The notes under the pieces: generated by a model | Databases searched by the model: none | What the model saw: only the letters and a program-made list of their open reading frames with translations | Told to the model about the DNA's origin: nothing | IMG/VR virus record: IMGVR_UViG_2634166464_000002 | Location: 9,639 to 73,638 of that record | Strand: one strand, 5' to 3' | Origin: a virus | Taxonomy: Duplodnaviria; Caudoviricetes | DNA: 64,000 nt | Translations under genes and position numbers: made by a program | In this document: positions 17,137 to 27,600 of the stretch, one piece after another | Numbering within the stretch: position 1 is the stretch's first letter | Layout: every line of letters starts with the position of its first letter

Positions 17137-18369
17137 GTGGGAAGATTTGCACGTCCTTTTGAGATCGAAGTCACCCGTCAGGGTAATATAGCCTGCCAGT
17201 ACAGGGTTAAACTACAGTGTTGTAGGTGCCCAAGGCACGAGACTTTCCGGTCGCGGAACCATCCTGCTGATGACTGGGTGCTCAAGAGGTTCAAAGAGTG
17301 GGGATGGGTGGTCGCCAAATCCCCACGGGATCACATCTGCCCCACCTGCGCGGGTACCGACCAGACCGAGAACCGCCTGGCCGACCACTTCAAAGTCGTG
17401 ACAGGGGAGGGGAGGGTGCCCTCGCGCGGCGAGCTCGCCGACCAGGTCGCCAAAGAGCGCCGCATCCTGGATGAACAGACCGCTATTCTCCTCGAGCGCC
17501 ACAACCTTGGGACATCCCAGACAGTGAAGAAGTCCAAGATCCCTGACGGCCCGATCCTCGTGAATGGCTCCGTCGAGGTAAAACATCCCGCCCACATCCA
17601 CGAGGCGCTATCGACCATAGCTTCCGAGACGGCAAACAACCGAGCCGCAGTGGAACTGATGATCGACCAATTCACGAAGTGCCAACAGCTTCTGAATCAG
17701 CAAATCACCGCGCTTGGGAATATGACTGCGATGCTGGCGCGCGTCGGTGATGGGATCCACAACGGATTGCGCGAACTAAGCCAGAACCTCAATGAGAACA
17801 CGAGGCAGGTCGAGGCAACGAACCAGCACCTGCTCGAGAACACCGAAGTCATCCGCCAGGTTCACGCGAAGCTTTCTATCCGGGACGGCTCCGTCCCCGC
17901 GACTGTCGAGCCGGTGTCAGAGCCGATCGTCGCTGAGCCGGTCTCCAGCGAGACTGCCCCTGAGAGCACCCTGCCCGCTGACCTGCTCTCGATGCTCATG
18001 CCGGAACAGGCGCAACAGCCCGAGCCCGAACCTGAGCCCGTCGCGACTATTCCCGCCGACCTGCCGGCCGAGCCGCCCTCCTCCTTGCCAATACCTCTGT
18101 CGGCCCAGATCCGTGCTGCCCGCCAGGCGAAGCGGATGACGCAGCAGCAGATCGCTGACAAACTCGGTGTCTCAGGCTCTGCCGTCACCCAGTGGGAGAG
18201 TGGCACGCATGCCCCGAGGGCCGAGACGCTGCCGGCCCTCTGCAAGCTGTTGGGGATCAAGCTGTCGGCTGCACCCCGCCCGTCTACAGCTCAGAAGAAG
18301 AGCGTCGTTGAGCTCAAGAAGCGCGCAGCTCCGGCGAGCAGGTCTCGGGCGAAGAAGCTCGCGGCCTGA
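17137..18369 (+). CDS. Regulator: N-terminal Zn ribbon, coiled coil, C-terminal XRE HTH
   Basis: CCRC...HICPTC, and IRAARQAKRMTQQQIADKLGVSGSAVTQWESG. GGAGG RBS and an AT-rich upstream region. Confidence 0.75.
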   Translation: MGRFARPFEIEVTRQGNIACQYRVKLQCCRCPRHETFRSRNHPADDWVLKRFKEWGWVVAKSPRDHICPTCAGTDQTENRLADHFKVVTGEGRVPSRGELADQVAKERRILDEQTAILLERHNLGTSQTVKKSKIPDGPILVNGSVEVKHPAHIHEALSTIASETANNRAAVELMIDQFTKCQQLLNQQITALGNMTAMLARVGDGIHNGLRELSQNLNENTRQVEATNQHLLENTEVIRQVHAKLSIRDGSVPATVEPVSEPIVAEPVSSETAPESTLPADLLSMLMPEQAQQPEPEPEPVATIPADLPAEPPSSLPIPLSAQIRAARQAKRMTQQQIADKLGVSGSAVTQWESGTHAPRAETLPALCKLLGIKLSAAPRPSTAQKKSVVELKKRAAPASRSRAKKLAA

Positions 18370-18387
18370 CCACGATCGGATGAGACG

Positions 18388-18732
18388 ATGGGTGAAGCCA
18401 AGCGCAAGCGGGAGAAGATGACCCCTTACGAGATCGAGATGCAGAAGCTCCAGCGCGACCTGGCCGACAAGGGGCGCGTGATCGAGGCCGGCTGGGTGGC
18501 CCTACGGGCACTCGCAATTCCTCAAGAGGCCTCGGAGCAGCAGGTTCAGGATATGCGCGCCGCCTACATGTCGGGAGCGCAGCACCTGTTCGCGTCGATC
18601 ATGGGGATTTTGGATCCCGGCGAGGAGCCTACCGACGCCGATCTCCGCCGCATGGACCTGATCGACAAGGAGTTGCGGGACTTCGCGCGCGAGTGGGAGC
18701 TCAGGTTCCACAAGGCGAAAGGAAGCGCGTGA
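18388..18732 (+). CDS. Hypothetical protein
   Basis: MGEAKRK start; part of a coupled small-gene run. Confidence 0.65.
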   Translation: MGEAKRKREKMTPYEIEMQKLQRDLADKGRVIEAGWVALRALAIPQEASEQQVQDMRAAYMSGAQHLFASIMGILDPGEEPTDADLRRMDLIDKELRDFAREWELRFHKAKGSA

Positions 18733-18947
18733 TGACCCGGGCAGAGCATCTCGACTGGTGCAAGGCGAGGGCGCGGGAGTACCTCGAGACCGGCGACCTC
18801 GCCCAGGCCGTCGCGTCGATGACCTCGGACATGCGCAAGCACCCGGAGACCGAGCGGAGCATGGACCCGCTGATCGCGATGCTCGGGATGCAAGAGACGC
18901 TGAAGGGCAGGGATGCCGTGAGGCGCTGGATCGAGGGGTTCCAGTGA
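18732..18947 (+). CDS. Hypothetical protein
   Basis: MTRAEHLDWCKARAREYL..MTSDMRKHPET..WIEGF; coupled to the previous stop. Confidence 0.6.
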   Translation: MTRAEHLDWCKARAREYLETGDLAQAVASMTSDMRKHPETERSMDPLIAMLGMQETLKGRDAVRRWIEGFQ

Positions 18948-18957
18948 GGAGCGCGAT

Positions 18958-19221
18958 ATGACCGATTACGGCAAGGTCGAGGTGCATGTGCCGTCCCTCG
19001 ACGAGAAGCGGATCTCGCTCATGGAGCGGGACCACTACTTCGGCATGCGAGACATGGCCGCGCAGGGAATCAGCAAGTTCGGCCTGGAGGTCGGTGGCGG
19101 GATTGCGCTGTCGGGCGTGGCGCGCGAGCTGCGCCGCCATCTCACGCTGGAACAAGTGCAAGAGGTGTTCCGCCAGTTCGCCGAGACGATGCCGCAGGCG
19201 GCTGCAGGAGACGAGCCGTGA
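18958..19221 (+). CDS. Hypothetical protein
   Basis: GAGGAG RBS. Confidence 0.55.
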   Translation: MTDYGKVEVHVPSLDEKRISLMERDHYFGMRDMAAQGISKFGLEVGGGIALSGVARELRRHLTLEQVQEVFRQFAETMPQAAAGDEP

Positions 19222-19409
19222 AGGATGGTGACGCCGTCGAGGTCTCGGAATCTGACGCTCTGAAGGAGCGGGTAGCGTTCCTCGAGCAAGCGCTTGAAGA
19301 CATCGAGCACCTGGCCGAGCGCGCCTGGAGCACCACCGCAAACGACAGAGCGTTGAAATCGATCGCGCAGATGGCGCGAGACGCGCGGAGCCCTCATGAA
19401 GACCGGTGA
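19218..19409 (+). CDS. Hypothetical protein
   Basis: GTGA overlap with the previous gene. Confidence 0.5.
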   Translation: MKDGDAVEVSESDALKERVAFLEQALEDIEHLAERAWSTTANDRALKSIAQMARDARSPHEDR

Positions 19410-19617
19410 CCGCGTGACACTGATCGCCGACGAGCGCGAGGTCGAGGCCACGGTCATCCTTGCGAGTCAGAACGGCCGGAGCCTCATGCTCTCGTTCGAA
19501 GCGATCATCTTCGGCGCCGTCGGCATGATGCCGGTGCTGAAGGAAGACGACGGCTCGTGGGTCGCGGTCATGGCTGGACAGCCGGTTGAGATCAGGCCTA
19601 TGGTTAATCCGCGCTAA
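19396..19617 (+). CDS. Hypothetical protein
   Basis: GGAG RBS; beta-rich small domain. Confidence 0.55.
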   Translation: MKTGDRVTLIADEREVEATVILASQNGRSLMLSFEAIIFGAVGMMPVLKEDDGSWVAVMAGQPVEIRPMVNPR

Positions 19618-19687
19618 GTGTATGGTTAATAAGCGCTTTCAGGTTCCATAATGTTTGTTCTGCGAATCCGCGCTGGAGGTGTTTACC

Positions 19688-19906
19688 ATGAGCGACAACC
19701 GGGATTTGCTCACCGAGATCCGTGATGGTGTCCACAGCATGGACCGCCGGCAGGCTGCGCAGATGGAGACGCTGACCGGACTCGTGCGCGACATCCATTC
19801 GCTGCTGACTCAGACCGCAGAGACGCTGACCGACCACAACCGGCGGCTCGCGAACCTTGAAGCGCGCATGGACCGCCTGGAGAGCGCGCGACGGAGCGGA
19901 ACCTGA
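19688..19906 (+). CDS. Small coiled-coil protein
   Basis: GGAGGT RBS; AT-rich upstream segment; followed by a hairpin. Confidence 0.55.
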   Translation: MSDNRDLLTEIRDGVHSMDRRQAAQMETLTGLVRDIHSLLTQTAETLTDHNRRLANLEARMDRLESARRSGT

Positions 19907-19910
19907 CACA

Positions 19911-19947
19911 AAAGGAGCCCGAGGCCTCCGACACGACCTCGGGCTCA
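19911..19947. terminator. Hairpin between convergent transcription units
   Basis: GAGCCCGAGG ... CCTCGGGCTC with an A-run on the left, i.e. a U-tail for the minus-strand late transcript. Confidence 0.6.
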
Positions 19948-19995
19948 GAGAAGGAAGGATGAGGCAAGCAGCGGCTGGTTTGCTCACCTCGCGAG

Positions 19996-20388
19996 CTACA
20001 TAGTACGGTTCCTGTCCTGCGACCAGCCTGATCTACCGCGCCCGACAATGGCAGCGATCTCGTCGATGCTGCGCCGCATGCGCGTGAGTTCCTCGCAGGC
20101 GATATTCCATTTCTCCAGACTCGCGGCCTGAACGCGCGCTCCGTCGAAATGCGCCTCCGCCAGACGGTCGACCGATGCGGTCAGGCGCTGCACCTCCGTG
20201 ACATACATGTCGACCGATGTCTTGGTCGCAATCGCTCCGGCGACGCCCTGCAACTGCCCTGCCCTCGCGGCCTCGGCCATCTGCTTCGCGCGATCCATCT
20301 CGGCCCTCCTATACATGAAGAACGCTGCGATGGCGGGCAACAAGACGCCCAGAAGCGGCGCGATGTCTTTGAGGATCTGCAGGATCAT
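19996..20388 (-). CDS. Lysis-cassette membrane protein (one TM plus coiled coil)
   Basis: N-terminal TM helix; ATGA overlap; last gene of the late operon. Confidence 0.55.
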   Translation of the reverse strand: MILQILKDIAPLLGVLLPAIAAFFMYRRAEMDRAKQMAEAARAGQLQGVAGAIATKTSVDMYVTEVQRLTASVDRLAEAHFDGARVQAASLEKWNIACEELTRMRRSIDEIAAIVGRGRSGWSQDRNRTM

Positions 20389-20837
20389 TCGCGCGCTCTC
20401 AACCAAGCCTTCTCACGCCAGCGGAAAGAGTCTTGGGCGAACAAGTCGGTCCCTCCCCTCAAACCGGCGAAGATTTCGAACACGAAAGCGGTCGCAGCGA
20501 CCGCGAGCAGCAGCGGCGGGCCGAGACCATCCGGATGTGTGCGCTCGATGAGCACTTCGATCACGATCGCGAAGACGAGCGACAGCCAGTAGCCGCTGCC
20601 GATGCAGCATCCCACGAGACGCCAGATCGGCGCGTTGCGGTTCTGTTCACTCCGAAGGATCGCCCACCAGCGCACCAGGCCGATGATGAGAAGCGCGAAC
20701 CCGCCCCACGGCTCGTTGATCCAGCGCTTCATGACTGCGTAGTGCGGCAGGAGAAACGTGTCCCCGGGCCACATCAGGGTGATGCCGCACGTCACCATGA
20801 GCGTCGCGAGCATCATCTCGAGGGCATGGGTTTTCAT
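20385..20837 (-). CDS. Multi-TM membrane protein, holin/antiholin candidate
   Basis: MKTHALEMML start, four hydrophobic helices, downstream of the endolysin. Confidence 0.55.
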   Translation of the reverse strand: MKTHALEMMLATLMVTCGITLMWPGDTFLLPHYAVMKRWINEPWGGFALLIIGLVRWWAILRSEQNRNAPIWRLVGCCIGSGYWLSLVFAIVIEVLIERTHPDGLGPPLLLAVAATAFVFEIFAGLRGGTDLFAQDSFRWREKAWLRARE

Positions 20838-21307
20838 GACCGCACGGGCTCCGCAGCAGCCGATGGCGGAGGCGCGTTGGTAGCGGCGAGCACGCCGATC
20901 TTCGCCTCGAGCTTCTCGCGGATCGATTCCGGCGTGAGATCGAAATGCTTGAGCGCATCGGGCGCGGCTTTGAGCACATACTCGACGGCTTCCGCCAGGA
21001 GCACCGAGCGCACATCGAGGCGCAGGCCCGTCGCGGCTGTTCCGGCCCGTGCCACGATCAGGCCGGCGGCATTCGTCAGCGAGGTCTGCAGCGCCTCTCG
21101 GTGCTTGGCTTCGATCTCCAGGCCGAATTTGCAACGGAGGAGATTCCACAACCAGGTGAGAGCAATCGCGATGAGGACTGTGATCATCTCGGTGAGGAGC
21201 GGCTGCAGTGCACCGAAGATACTTCCGACGTCGACTGTGGTGTCCTGAGCGAAAGCGGCAGTCGGCGCCAGCAGGATCGCCGCGCCGTGCGTGAGACCTT
21301 GGAGCAT
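20834..21307 (-). CDS. Holin-like membrane protein
   Basis: TM segment then EAKHREALQTSL..AVEYV..APDALKHF..IEAKI-type tail; directly after the lysozyme. Confidence 0.55.
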   Translation of the reverse strand: MLQGLTHGAAILLAPTAAFAQDTTVDVGSIFGALQPLLTEMITVLIAIALTWLWNLLRCKFGLEIEAKHREALQTSLTNAAGLIVARAGTAATGLRLDVRSVLLAEAVEYVLKAAPDALKHFDLTPESIREKLEAKIGVLAATNAPPPSAAAEPVRS

Positions 21308-21326
21308 GTCGTGGCCTTTCATGCGG

Positions 21327-22028
21327 TCAGGAGGAGGGGGTGGATCCGCCGGGGATGAGCGCGCGGAGATCCTCGGGCTTGGCACCGAGGGCGAGGGCGA
21401 GGGCGACGACTGACGAGACGGCGTCGGTCGCGAGCGCAGTGATCGTGGTGTCGGACTCGACCACGGGCGCGGGTACGGGCAGGCCGAGGCAGGCGCGTAG
21501 GTCGCTCCCGATGTCGAGCCGCTTCGCGCTTCCCCAATCGATGGCGCCGGTCGACTTGACCTTCGTGTATTCGAGGATAGTGCCGTCGTGGCTCCACAGG
21601 CCGTCGAAGAACAGGCGGCATTCCTTCTCGCGGCGCTCGACGATGGACGCAGGCTTGTTCCATGTCAGGAAGGATTTGCGCGCAGCCTCATGGTCGCCGG
21701 CCCTCACTTGCTTGACCCACGTCGCCCTTTTGATCCCGCCCGTGTTGAAGTGAAATGAAACCGCCGCAGCGAACTGGGCTTGGGTGAGGGTGTGCCCCTC
21801 GAATGCCTGTCGCACGTCCTCTGCGTAACGCTCCAGCGCCCAGACGTAGATCCGCAGGCAATGGTCGAGCGGCTGTGGGCTGTTGATGTATCGCTCGACG
21901 CGGTGACCGCTCGCAGAGGTGATCCCGATTGACCAGGTCCAGACATCGCCGGGATTCTTGTAGGCTTGGCGACACAGAGCTTCGTGCGAGGCGAGTTCCA
22001 TCGCCACGTCGTAATCGACCTGATTCAT
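21327..22028 (-). CDS. Endolysin, GH24-type lysozyme
   Basis: HEA..AYKNPGDVWTWSIGIT, LTQAQFAAAVSFHFNTG and RREKECRLF. Confidence 0.85.
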   Translation of the reverse strand: MNQVDYDVAMELASHEALCRQAYKNPGDVWTWSIGITSASGHRVERYINSPQPLDHCLRIYVWALERYAEDVRQAFEGHTLTQAQFAAAVSFHFNTGGIKRATWVKQVRAGDHEAARKSFLTWNKPASIVERREKECRLFFDGLWSHDGTILEYTKVKSTGAIDWGSAKRLDIGSDLRACLGLPVPAPVVESDTTITALATDAVSSVVALALALGAKPEDLRALIPGGSTPSS

Positions 22029-22034
22029 GAGCCC

Positions 22035-23306
22035 CTACCCTACTCTCATCCGGTATGCGCCCCCTGACCTGTAGAGCCCGCCGAGCGGAACTCCGCCGCT
22101 CGCTGCCTCGAGATCGTCGGCGTAGCTCTCGTGCAGGTAGATCGGACCCGACGCGGACCTGCCGATCGTATTGATTCCGATCGCAGCGCAGCTCCGAGCC
22201 GGGGAGCCGACGAACGACCGCACATAGCGCCACATCACCCCGCCATCCGAGGCGCTCGCGACCATGTGCGTCGGTGGCGCGAAGCCCGTCACACCAGCCC
22301 GGGTCGAGACGTAGATGTGCAGGCCTGCGAGCCGGTAGATGCCGTTCGATGCAATCCACTCGCCCGGTGTCCACGGCAGGTAGGCGACGCCGGCCGTGCG
22401 GATCGCGTTGAACTGTGTCGCGATCTCCTGATCGTCGTCGAGGACATTGCCGGTGACGGTGTTGTGCTGTCCCGTCCCGCCGAAGTTGGCCGAGATCCCG
22501 ATCCCGGCCCATTTGCCGCCCTCCCGGCCATTGCCGATGCAGGCGTTGCCCGCGGCGACGTTGTGGGATCCCCAGAGCCAGAGCCCCGCGCGCATGTTCC
22601 GGTAGCAGACATTGTCTCCGACCGTGTTGCGGTAGCCCGTGACCGAGATCCCGTTGTCGCCCGTGTTCTCCGCGTGGTTGCCGAGGATGCGGTTGAGGTA
22701 AGCGTCGTGCGTGACGCCCACCAACTCGATAGCGTTGGCGAGCGTGGTGTTGGCCTCGACGAGGTTGCGGTTAGCGCCCTCCCCCAGCCGCACGCCGAAC
22801 CCGGAGTAGCGCATGATCAGATTGCGGGTGATCTCGTTGTTCGCTGCTCCGGAGATCCCGATCGCCGTCGACTCGCCGTCGAGCATCTCGTTGGCGTCGA
22901 CCTGGTTGAAGCGCGTCTCGGCGCCGGTCAGCAGGATCGAGCCCGCTGGGGCTCCGGGGCAGCCGAGGAATCGGCTCTGCCTGATCGAGCAGCGCCGCGC
23001 GCCATTGCGGAGCGTGATGATGCTCTCGCTCGGCGAGAGCCCGATGTCGCCCTCGATCGCGAGGCCGACGATATGCGCGTCCTCGCACCCGTCGAAATCG
23101 AACGCGGTGCCTGTCGTGAGGCAGTCCATCAGGATGCGCGGGCGACCGTTCCCGGCGCGGATGGTGAAGCCGCTCGGCATCTTGAAGGTGCCGTGCATCC
23201 GGTAGGGGCGCTCGCCCTCGTCGAGAACGACCGTCCTGAAACCGGATGCGATGGTATAGTCGAGAGCGGACTTCAGATCCTCTTGCCACCGCGGATCGAA
23301 GGCCAT
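22035..23306 (-). CDS. Right-handed beta-helix protein (tailspike/depolymerase-like)
   Basis: Repeated N-x-V-x-G-N beta-helix rungs; small PPTH..SDGGVMW module near the C-terminus. Confidence 0.75.
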   Translation of the reverse strand: MAFDPRWQEDLKSALDYTIASGFRTVVLDEGERPYRMHGTFKMPSGFTIRAGNGRPRILMDCLTTGTAFDFDGCEDAHIVGLAIEGDIGLSPSESIITLRNGARRCSIRQSRFLGCPGAPAGSILLTGAETRFNQVDANEMLDGESTAIGISGAANNEITRNLIMRYSGFGVRLGEGANRNLVEANTTLANAIELVGVTHDAYLNRILGNHAENTGDNGISVTGYRNTVGDNVCYRNMRAGLWLWGSHNVAAGNACIGNGREGGKWAGIGISANFGGTGQHNTVTGNVLDDDQEIATQFNAIRTAGVAYLPWTPGEWIASNGIYRLAGLHIYVSTRAGVTGFAPPTHMVASASDGGVMWRYVRSFVGSPARSCAAIGINTIGRSASGPIYLHESYADDLEAASGGVPLGGLYRSGGAYRMRVG

Positions 23307-23325
23307 GCTCGCGCGTCAGAGCCGG

Positions 23326-23655
23326 TCAGGCTGCAACGCCTGCTGCGAATGCGTTCGCCCGCGCGTCCCAGATCGTGCTCAACACGAACTCGATATCGGC
23401 GTCGGGGATCGCGCTCTCGCCGACCTCCTCGAGCCCGCCTGCGATCACGTTGTTCGCCGCCGCGATGTGCAGGGCCAGCAACAGGGCTTTGTCCTCACCG
23501 CGCAGCACGCGGTTTGCGTAGGCGAGCCTGTTTGCGTGGTTGGGCGTTGAGGGATCCTCCGATGCCACGTTCTGCGCCGTCTTGAGCGCGAGGAAGCTCA
23601 CGCGCGTATAGAACGTCGGCTGAGATGCCGCTGCGATGATGTCACGGGTTGCCAT
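23326..23655 (-). CDS. Hypothetical tail-associated protein
   Basis: ORF MATRD... with GGAGAGG RBS, overlapping the upstream gene. Confidence 0.6.
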   Translation of the reverse strand: MATRDIIAAASQPTFYTRVSFLALKTAQNVASEDPSTPNHANRLAYANRVLRGEDKALLLALHIAAANNVIAGGLEEVGESAIPDADIEFVLSTIWDARANAFAAGVAA

Positions 23656-23947
23656 AGTAGACCTCTCCGAGAGTTGGCCCGCCAACCAGATCGGGCGGGG
23701 CTTGGGTGATGCGCTCGTCCAGCGATAGCTCGCGCGGCTCGACGAGCGCGGCGATGGCTTCGGGATTGCTGCCCGTGATCGGGCGCGGCGGTTTCATATG
23801 CTCGACGAAGGCGTCGAGCCGCTCGCCCGTGTAGTATTCGCCGGTCTCCAGATCGACCGGGACGAAGAATGCATTCCAGCGCCCGTCGTCGTAGTCGACC
23901 TCGATGCGGCCCGTGTCGGGATGAAAAGACGTAATCTTGTAGGCCAT
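23642..23947 (-). CDS. Small tail-fibre accessory protein (paralog of 28023-28346)
   Basis: ITSFHPDTGRI at the N-terminus and APPDLVGGPTL at the C-terminus. Confidence 0.6.
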   Translation of the reverse strand: MAYKITSFHPDTGRIEVDYDDGRWNAFFVPVDLETGEYYTGERLDAFVEHMKPPRPITGSNPEAIAALVEPRELSLDERITQAPPDLVGGPTLGEVYYGNP

Positions 23948-23949
23948 GC

Positions 23950-24687
23950 TCAGACTCCCCACTCGATCAGGACGCGCCCATTCGCGCCGTTGCCCCCTGC
24001 GGAGCCGTTGTAGTAAGCGCCCGCGCCGCCGCCCCCGATGGTGATGCCAATTGTGCGGCCGTATCCCGGCCCGAAATAGGAGTGCCCGAAACCGCCGCCG
24101 CCGCCGCCATTTCCAGAGCCCATGCCCGCGCCGCCGCCACCCGGCCAGCCACCCCCATGCCCCTGTCCGACACCGCCGCCGCCGCCATAAGGGGAGCCGC
24201 CGCCGCCGTATGCCTGACCATTCCAGTTGCCGCCGTAGCCGCCACTGAGATTTTCGGTGTTGCCGGAATAGCCGTAGCCGCCATGACCACCATTGACCCC
24301 CGCGCCGCCAACGCCGCCGGTTGCTCCGACATAGCCATGAATGACGGACCCGCCGCCATCACCGCCGCCAAAGCCACCCCAACCGCCGCCGCCGCCCCCG
24401 CCCCAGACGCGCAATCTCAACCATGCGTGGCTCGGCACCCAGATTTCATAATAGCCGGGTCCGCCGTGATCCCATGCGCCGCCATAGGAACGGTAGGCCC
24501 CATAGAACCCGCTCATCCAGATCGGCCCGTGGTTTGGATCGATCTGGATGTTGTTGTTCTCGGGGTTGTTGCCGATGATCCCGTGGCCCTTGTAGTAGCT
24601 GTAGAGATCGTAGACGGCCTGACCGGGACGGAACTCGTCTCGGATCTCTGTGATCCAGAGTGTCGAACCCCAGCCTTTAATCGGCAT
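23950..24687 (-). CDS. Glycine-rich adhesin-like tail protein
   Basis: MPIKGWG start coupled to the fibre stop. C-terminal two thirds are GGGG-rich motifs ending GANGRVLIEW. Confidence 0.7.
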   Translation of the reverse strand: MPIKGWGSTLWITEIRDEFRPGQAVYDLYSYYKGHGIIGNNPENNNIQIDPNHGPIWMSGFYGAYRSYGGAWDHGGPGYYEIWVPSHAWLRLRVWGGGGGGGWGGFGGGDGGGSVIHGYVGATGGVGGAGVNGGHGGYGYSGNTENLSGGYGGNWNGQAYGGGGSPYGGGGGVGQGHGGGWPGGGGAGMGSGNGGGGGGFGHSYFGPGYGRTIGITIGGGGAGAYYNGSAGGNGANGRVLIEWGV

Positions 24688-27600
24688 CAGCGCGCCTCCA
24701 GTTTCGCGGCGAGCTCCTTGATGGCCTCGATGAAGTAGCCGGCCAGGTTCCCGTAATCGACCGACAGCATCCCGTCCCTGTCCTCCCGCACGAGTTCCGG
24801 CGCGATCGGCCGCAACTGCTGCGCGATCACGCCCGCGCTGGTCTCGCCGCTCTCGATGCGGTCGAACCACACGCCCTGCATGGCGAGCACCTTGGCGAGG
24901 GCGTCGGTGATCGGCCGCACATTCTTTTTCATGCGGAGGTCGGAATAGGCCCCGACGTTGCCCGAGAAGGTCACGGTGCCGTCAGTCAGCGAGAGCTGCA
25001 TCGGGTGGCGGCCATTCGGCCCGCTGTCCCATGTGTTCGCGTCGGTGCCGCCACGCAGGACGTAGAAGTAGTTGGAGTTGTTGTGGATGAACGAAGACCA
25101 CTGGCCGCCCGTGATGTCGCGGAGCTTGATGGTTGGATCCTCGCCGCGGACCTCCAGCATCGGAACGCGCACTGGGGCGACGTTGAACCCGTAAACCGTG
25201 CCGTCGTAGTGGATCCAGCGGGCATCGCTGGCGGCACCGAAGAAGATCGCACCCGTGCCATTGCCGCGGCTGGCGATCAGATCCCGCGCGGTGAAGGTGC
25301 CATCGGGGTCGATCTTGACCGTGGTCTTGTAGACACCGGCCTCGCGGTTGTTGAAGGTGAGGCTCTTGGTGTCGGGATGGCGCTGGATATACCAACAGTT
25401 GTCCCAGTTGGTGCCGACTGCGACGACGCCCCAACCGTCCGTCCGGTAAGACGAAATCGCAGGCGCGATCACCTCGCTCGTGAACGTGTTGCTGCCCGAC
25501 AGGCTCGCGAGTTGGTAGGTCGTGCCGTTGACGCGCGCGAAGATTCCGCCGGTCGTCGTCCAGACATCGCCGTTCGCAGGCGACGTCGGAGCCGTGCCGT
25601 GCGGCAAGTTGATCGAGGCGGTTGAGGTCGACGGCGTCGCGAAGGTTTGCCTCGCCGTCCATGTTTGCGCCCGCTCAACAGTCGCAACCTGGCGCGTGGT
25701 CGAGCCCATCCGAAAAAAGAGTGCGTTGGATGCAAACCAAAAGTCGCCGCTGACCGGAGACGTCGGCGCTGTGCCGCTCGGGAGATTGAACCCTGCACCC
25801 TCGGCGGTCGGGGCGACCGTGGTGAGCTTGCCCTCCATCGTGTCGCCGGCCTTGTCGACCTTGGTGGTGATCGCGTCCTCAAGGCCGTCGATCTCGCTCG
25901 CCGGGTGGCGGTGCGGGGCAGGCGGAAAGGTTTCGGGCTTCTCGGCGATATCCGGCCACGCGGTCGAGATCGCGCCGATCGCGGCCTCAACATCGGTGAC
26001 ATTCGCCTTGGTGGCCACCTCCGCATCGAGTTCCTCGAGCGCCGCTTGGACGTTCACCGACTGCAGGTTGCCGGTCGGCGTGACCACGATGTTGGTGGCG
26101 TCGCCGGTCGAGAAATCCCTCGCCTTCTCGGCCCAGTGCCGAGCCGAATACCCGTTGGGCGCAACCGCGACATCCTCGGGCGCATTGGCCCAATCCTGCG
26201 CCAGGTTGCGCGCCGTTTCGGACGCGGCCTGCGCGGCCTCCGCATTCGCCTCCGCCGTCTCGGCTGCTTCGCGAGCGGCTTCAGCCCCGCTACGGGCCGT
26301 CTCGGCGCCCGTGCGGGCCGTTTCCGACGCCGTGCGGTCTGCGGCAACCGCGACCCGGTCAGCCTCGACCTCGTCACGCAGTCCCGTAACCGTCGCGAGA
26401 TCCGTGGCGACCGCAGCACGATCGGTCGCCGTCTCATCGCGCAGGCCCTGAACCGTAGCGAGGTTCGTCGCCACCTCCGCGCGATCGGCCTCGACCCCGG
26501 CAGCCGTCGTATTGACCGTGAGCCGGTAGGCCTCCGCTTCGTCGCGTGCAAGGAACGTGGCGTCACGGGCCGCAACCGTTTCGTCCCGCGCTGCCGTGGT
26601 GACATCTCGTGCAGCCTCGGTGCCTGTAAGAGCGGCCTCGACGGCGGCGCGATCATCGGCAACTGCGAGCCGATCGGCTTCGACCTCACCACGCAGAGTC
26701 GTGACGGTGACCAGATCGGCCCCGACTGCGGCGCGGTCTGTGCCCGTAGCGTCGCGGAGTTCCTGCACGGTCGCAAGATCCGCCGCGACCGTCGCCCGGT
26801 TCGCCTCGACCGCTGCCGCCGCCGTTGCGACCTCGGCCCGATCAGCCTCCGCCTCGTCACGCGCCGCGAACGTGGCATCGCGCGCCTCGAGCGTCACATC
26901 GCGCGCTGCGGTCGTGACATCGCGCGCCTCGATGCCGGTGTCGCGTGCGGCCTCCGACGCCGCCTGTGCAGCCTCTGCGCCAGACCTCGCGGTCTCCGCC
27001 CCCGTGCGTGCGAACTCAGCCGCGCCGGCCGAGGCTGCAGCTTCTCCAGCCCGCGTGGTTGAGATCCCGGCCTGCGCGGTGCTGGTCGCAGCGCTCGCCG
27101 CCGCATTCGACTCGCTCGTTGCCGCAGCCTGTTCCGATGCCAGACTCGCCGCAGCGCTGTTCGCACTGGCCTCGGCTGATGACGCGCTCTGCGATGCGCT
27201 CGTGGCGCTGTTGGTTTCCGAGGTCTGGCTCGCCGTCTCCGAGGCTTTCGCCGCGTTCTGGCTCGCCAGAGAGGCAGCAGCGCTGTTCGCGCTCGCGCCT
27301 GCGGAAGTGGCGCTGTTCGTCTCGCTCGTCCTTGCGGCTGCTTCGGACGCAGCCGCTGCCAGCGCCGAGGCTAACGCGTCGCTGCGATACGGCCCCAGGA
27401 TGTTGTCGAGGTCGCCCTCGACCACTGCGGTCCAGATCGTCTCGCCGACCTCCCTGTATTGGATCGAGTAGGTCTCGGGGTCGACCCGAAACTCGACCGG
27501 CGCTGCGCTCTCGCCTTTCAGGCTCTGCCCTGCCGACCAGTGACCGGTTGCATCGGAGAGCTTCGCAGAGATCAGGAAGGGATTCGTGTCGATCTGCAGG

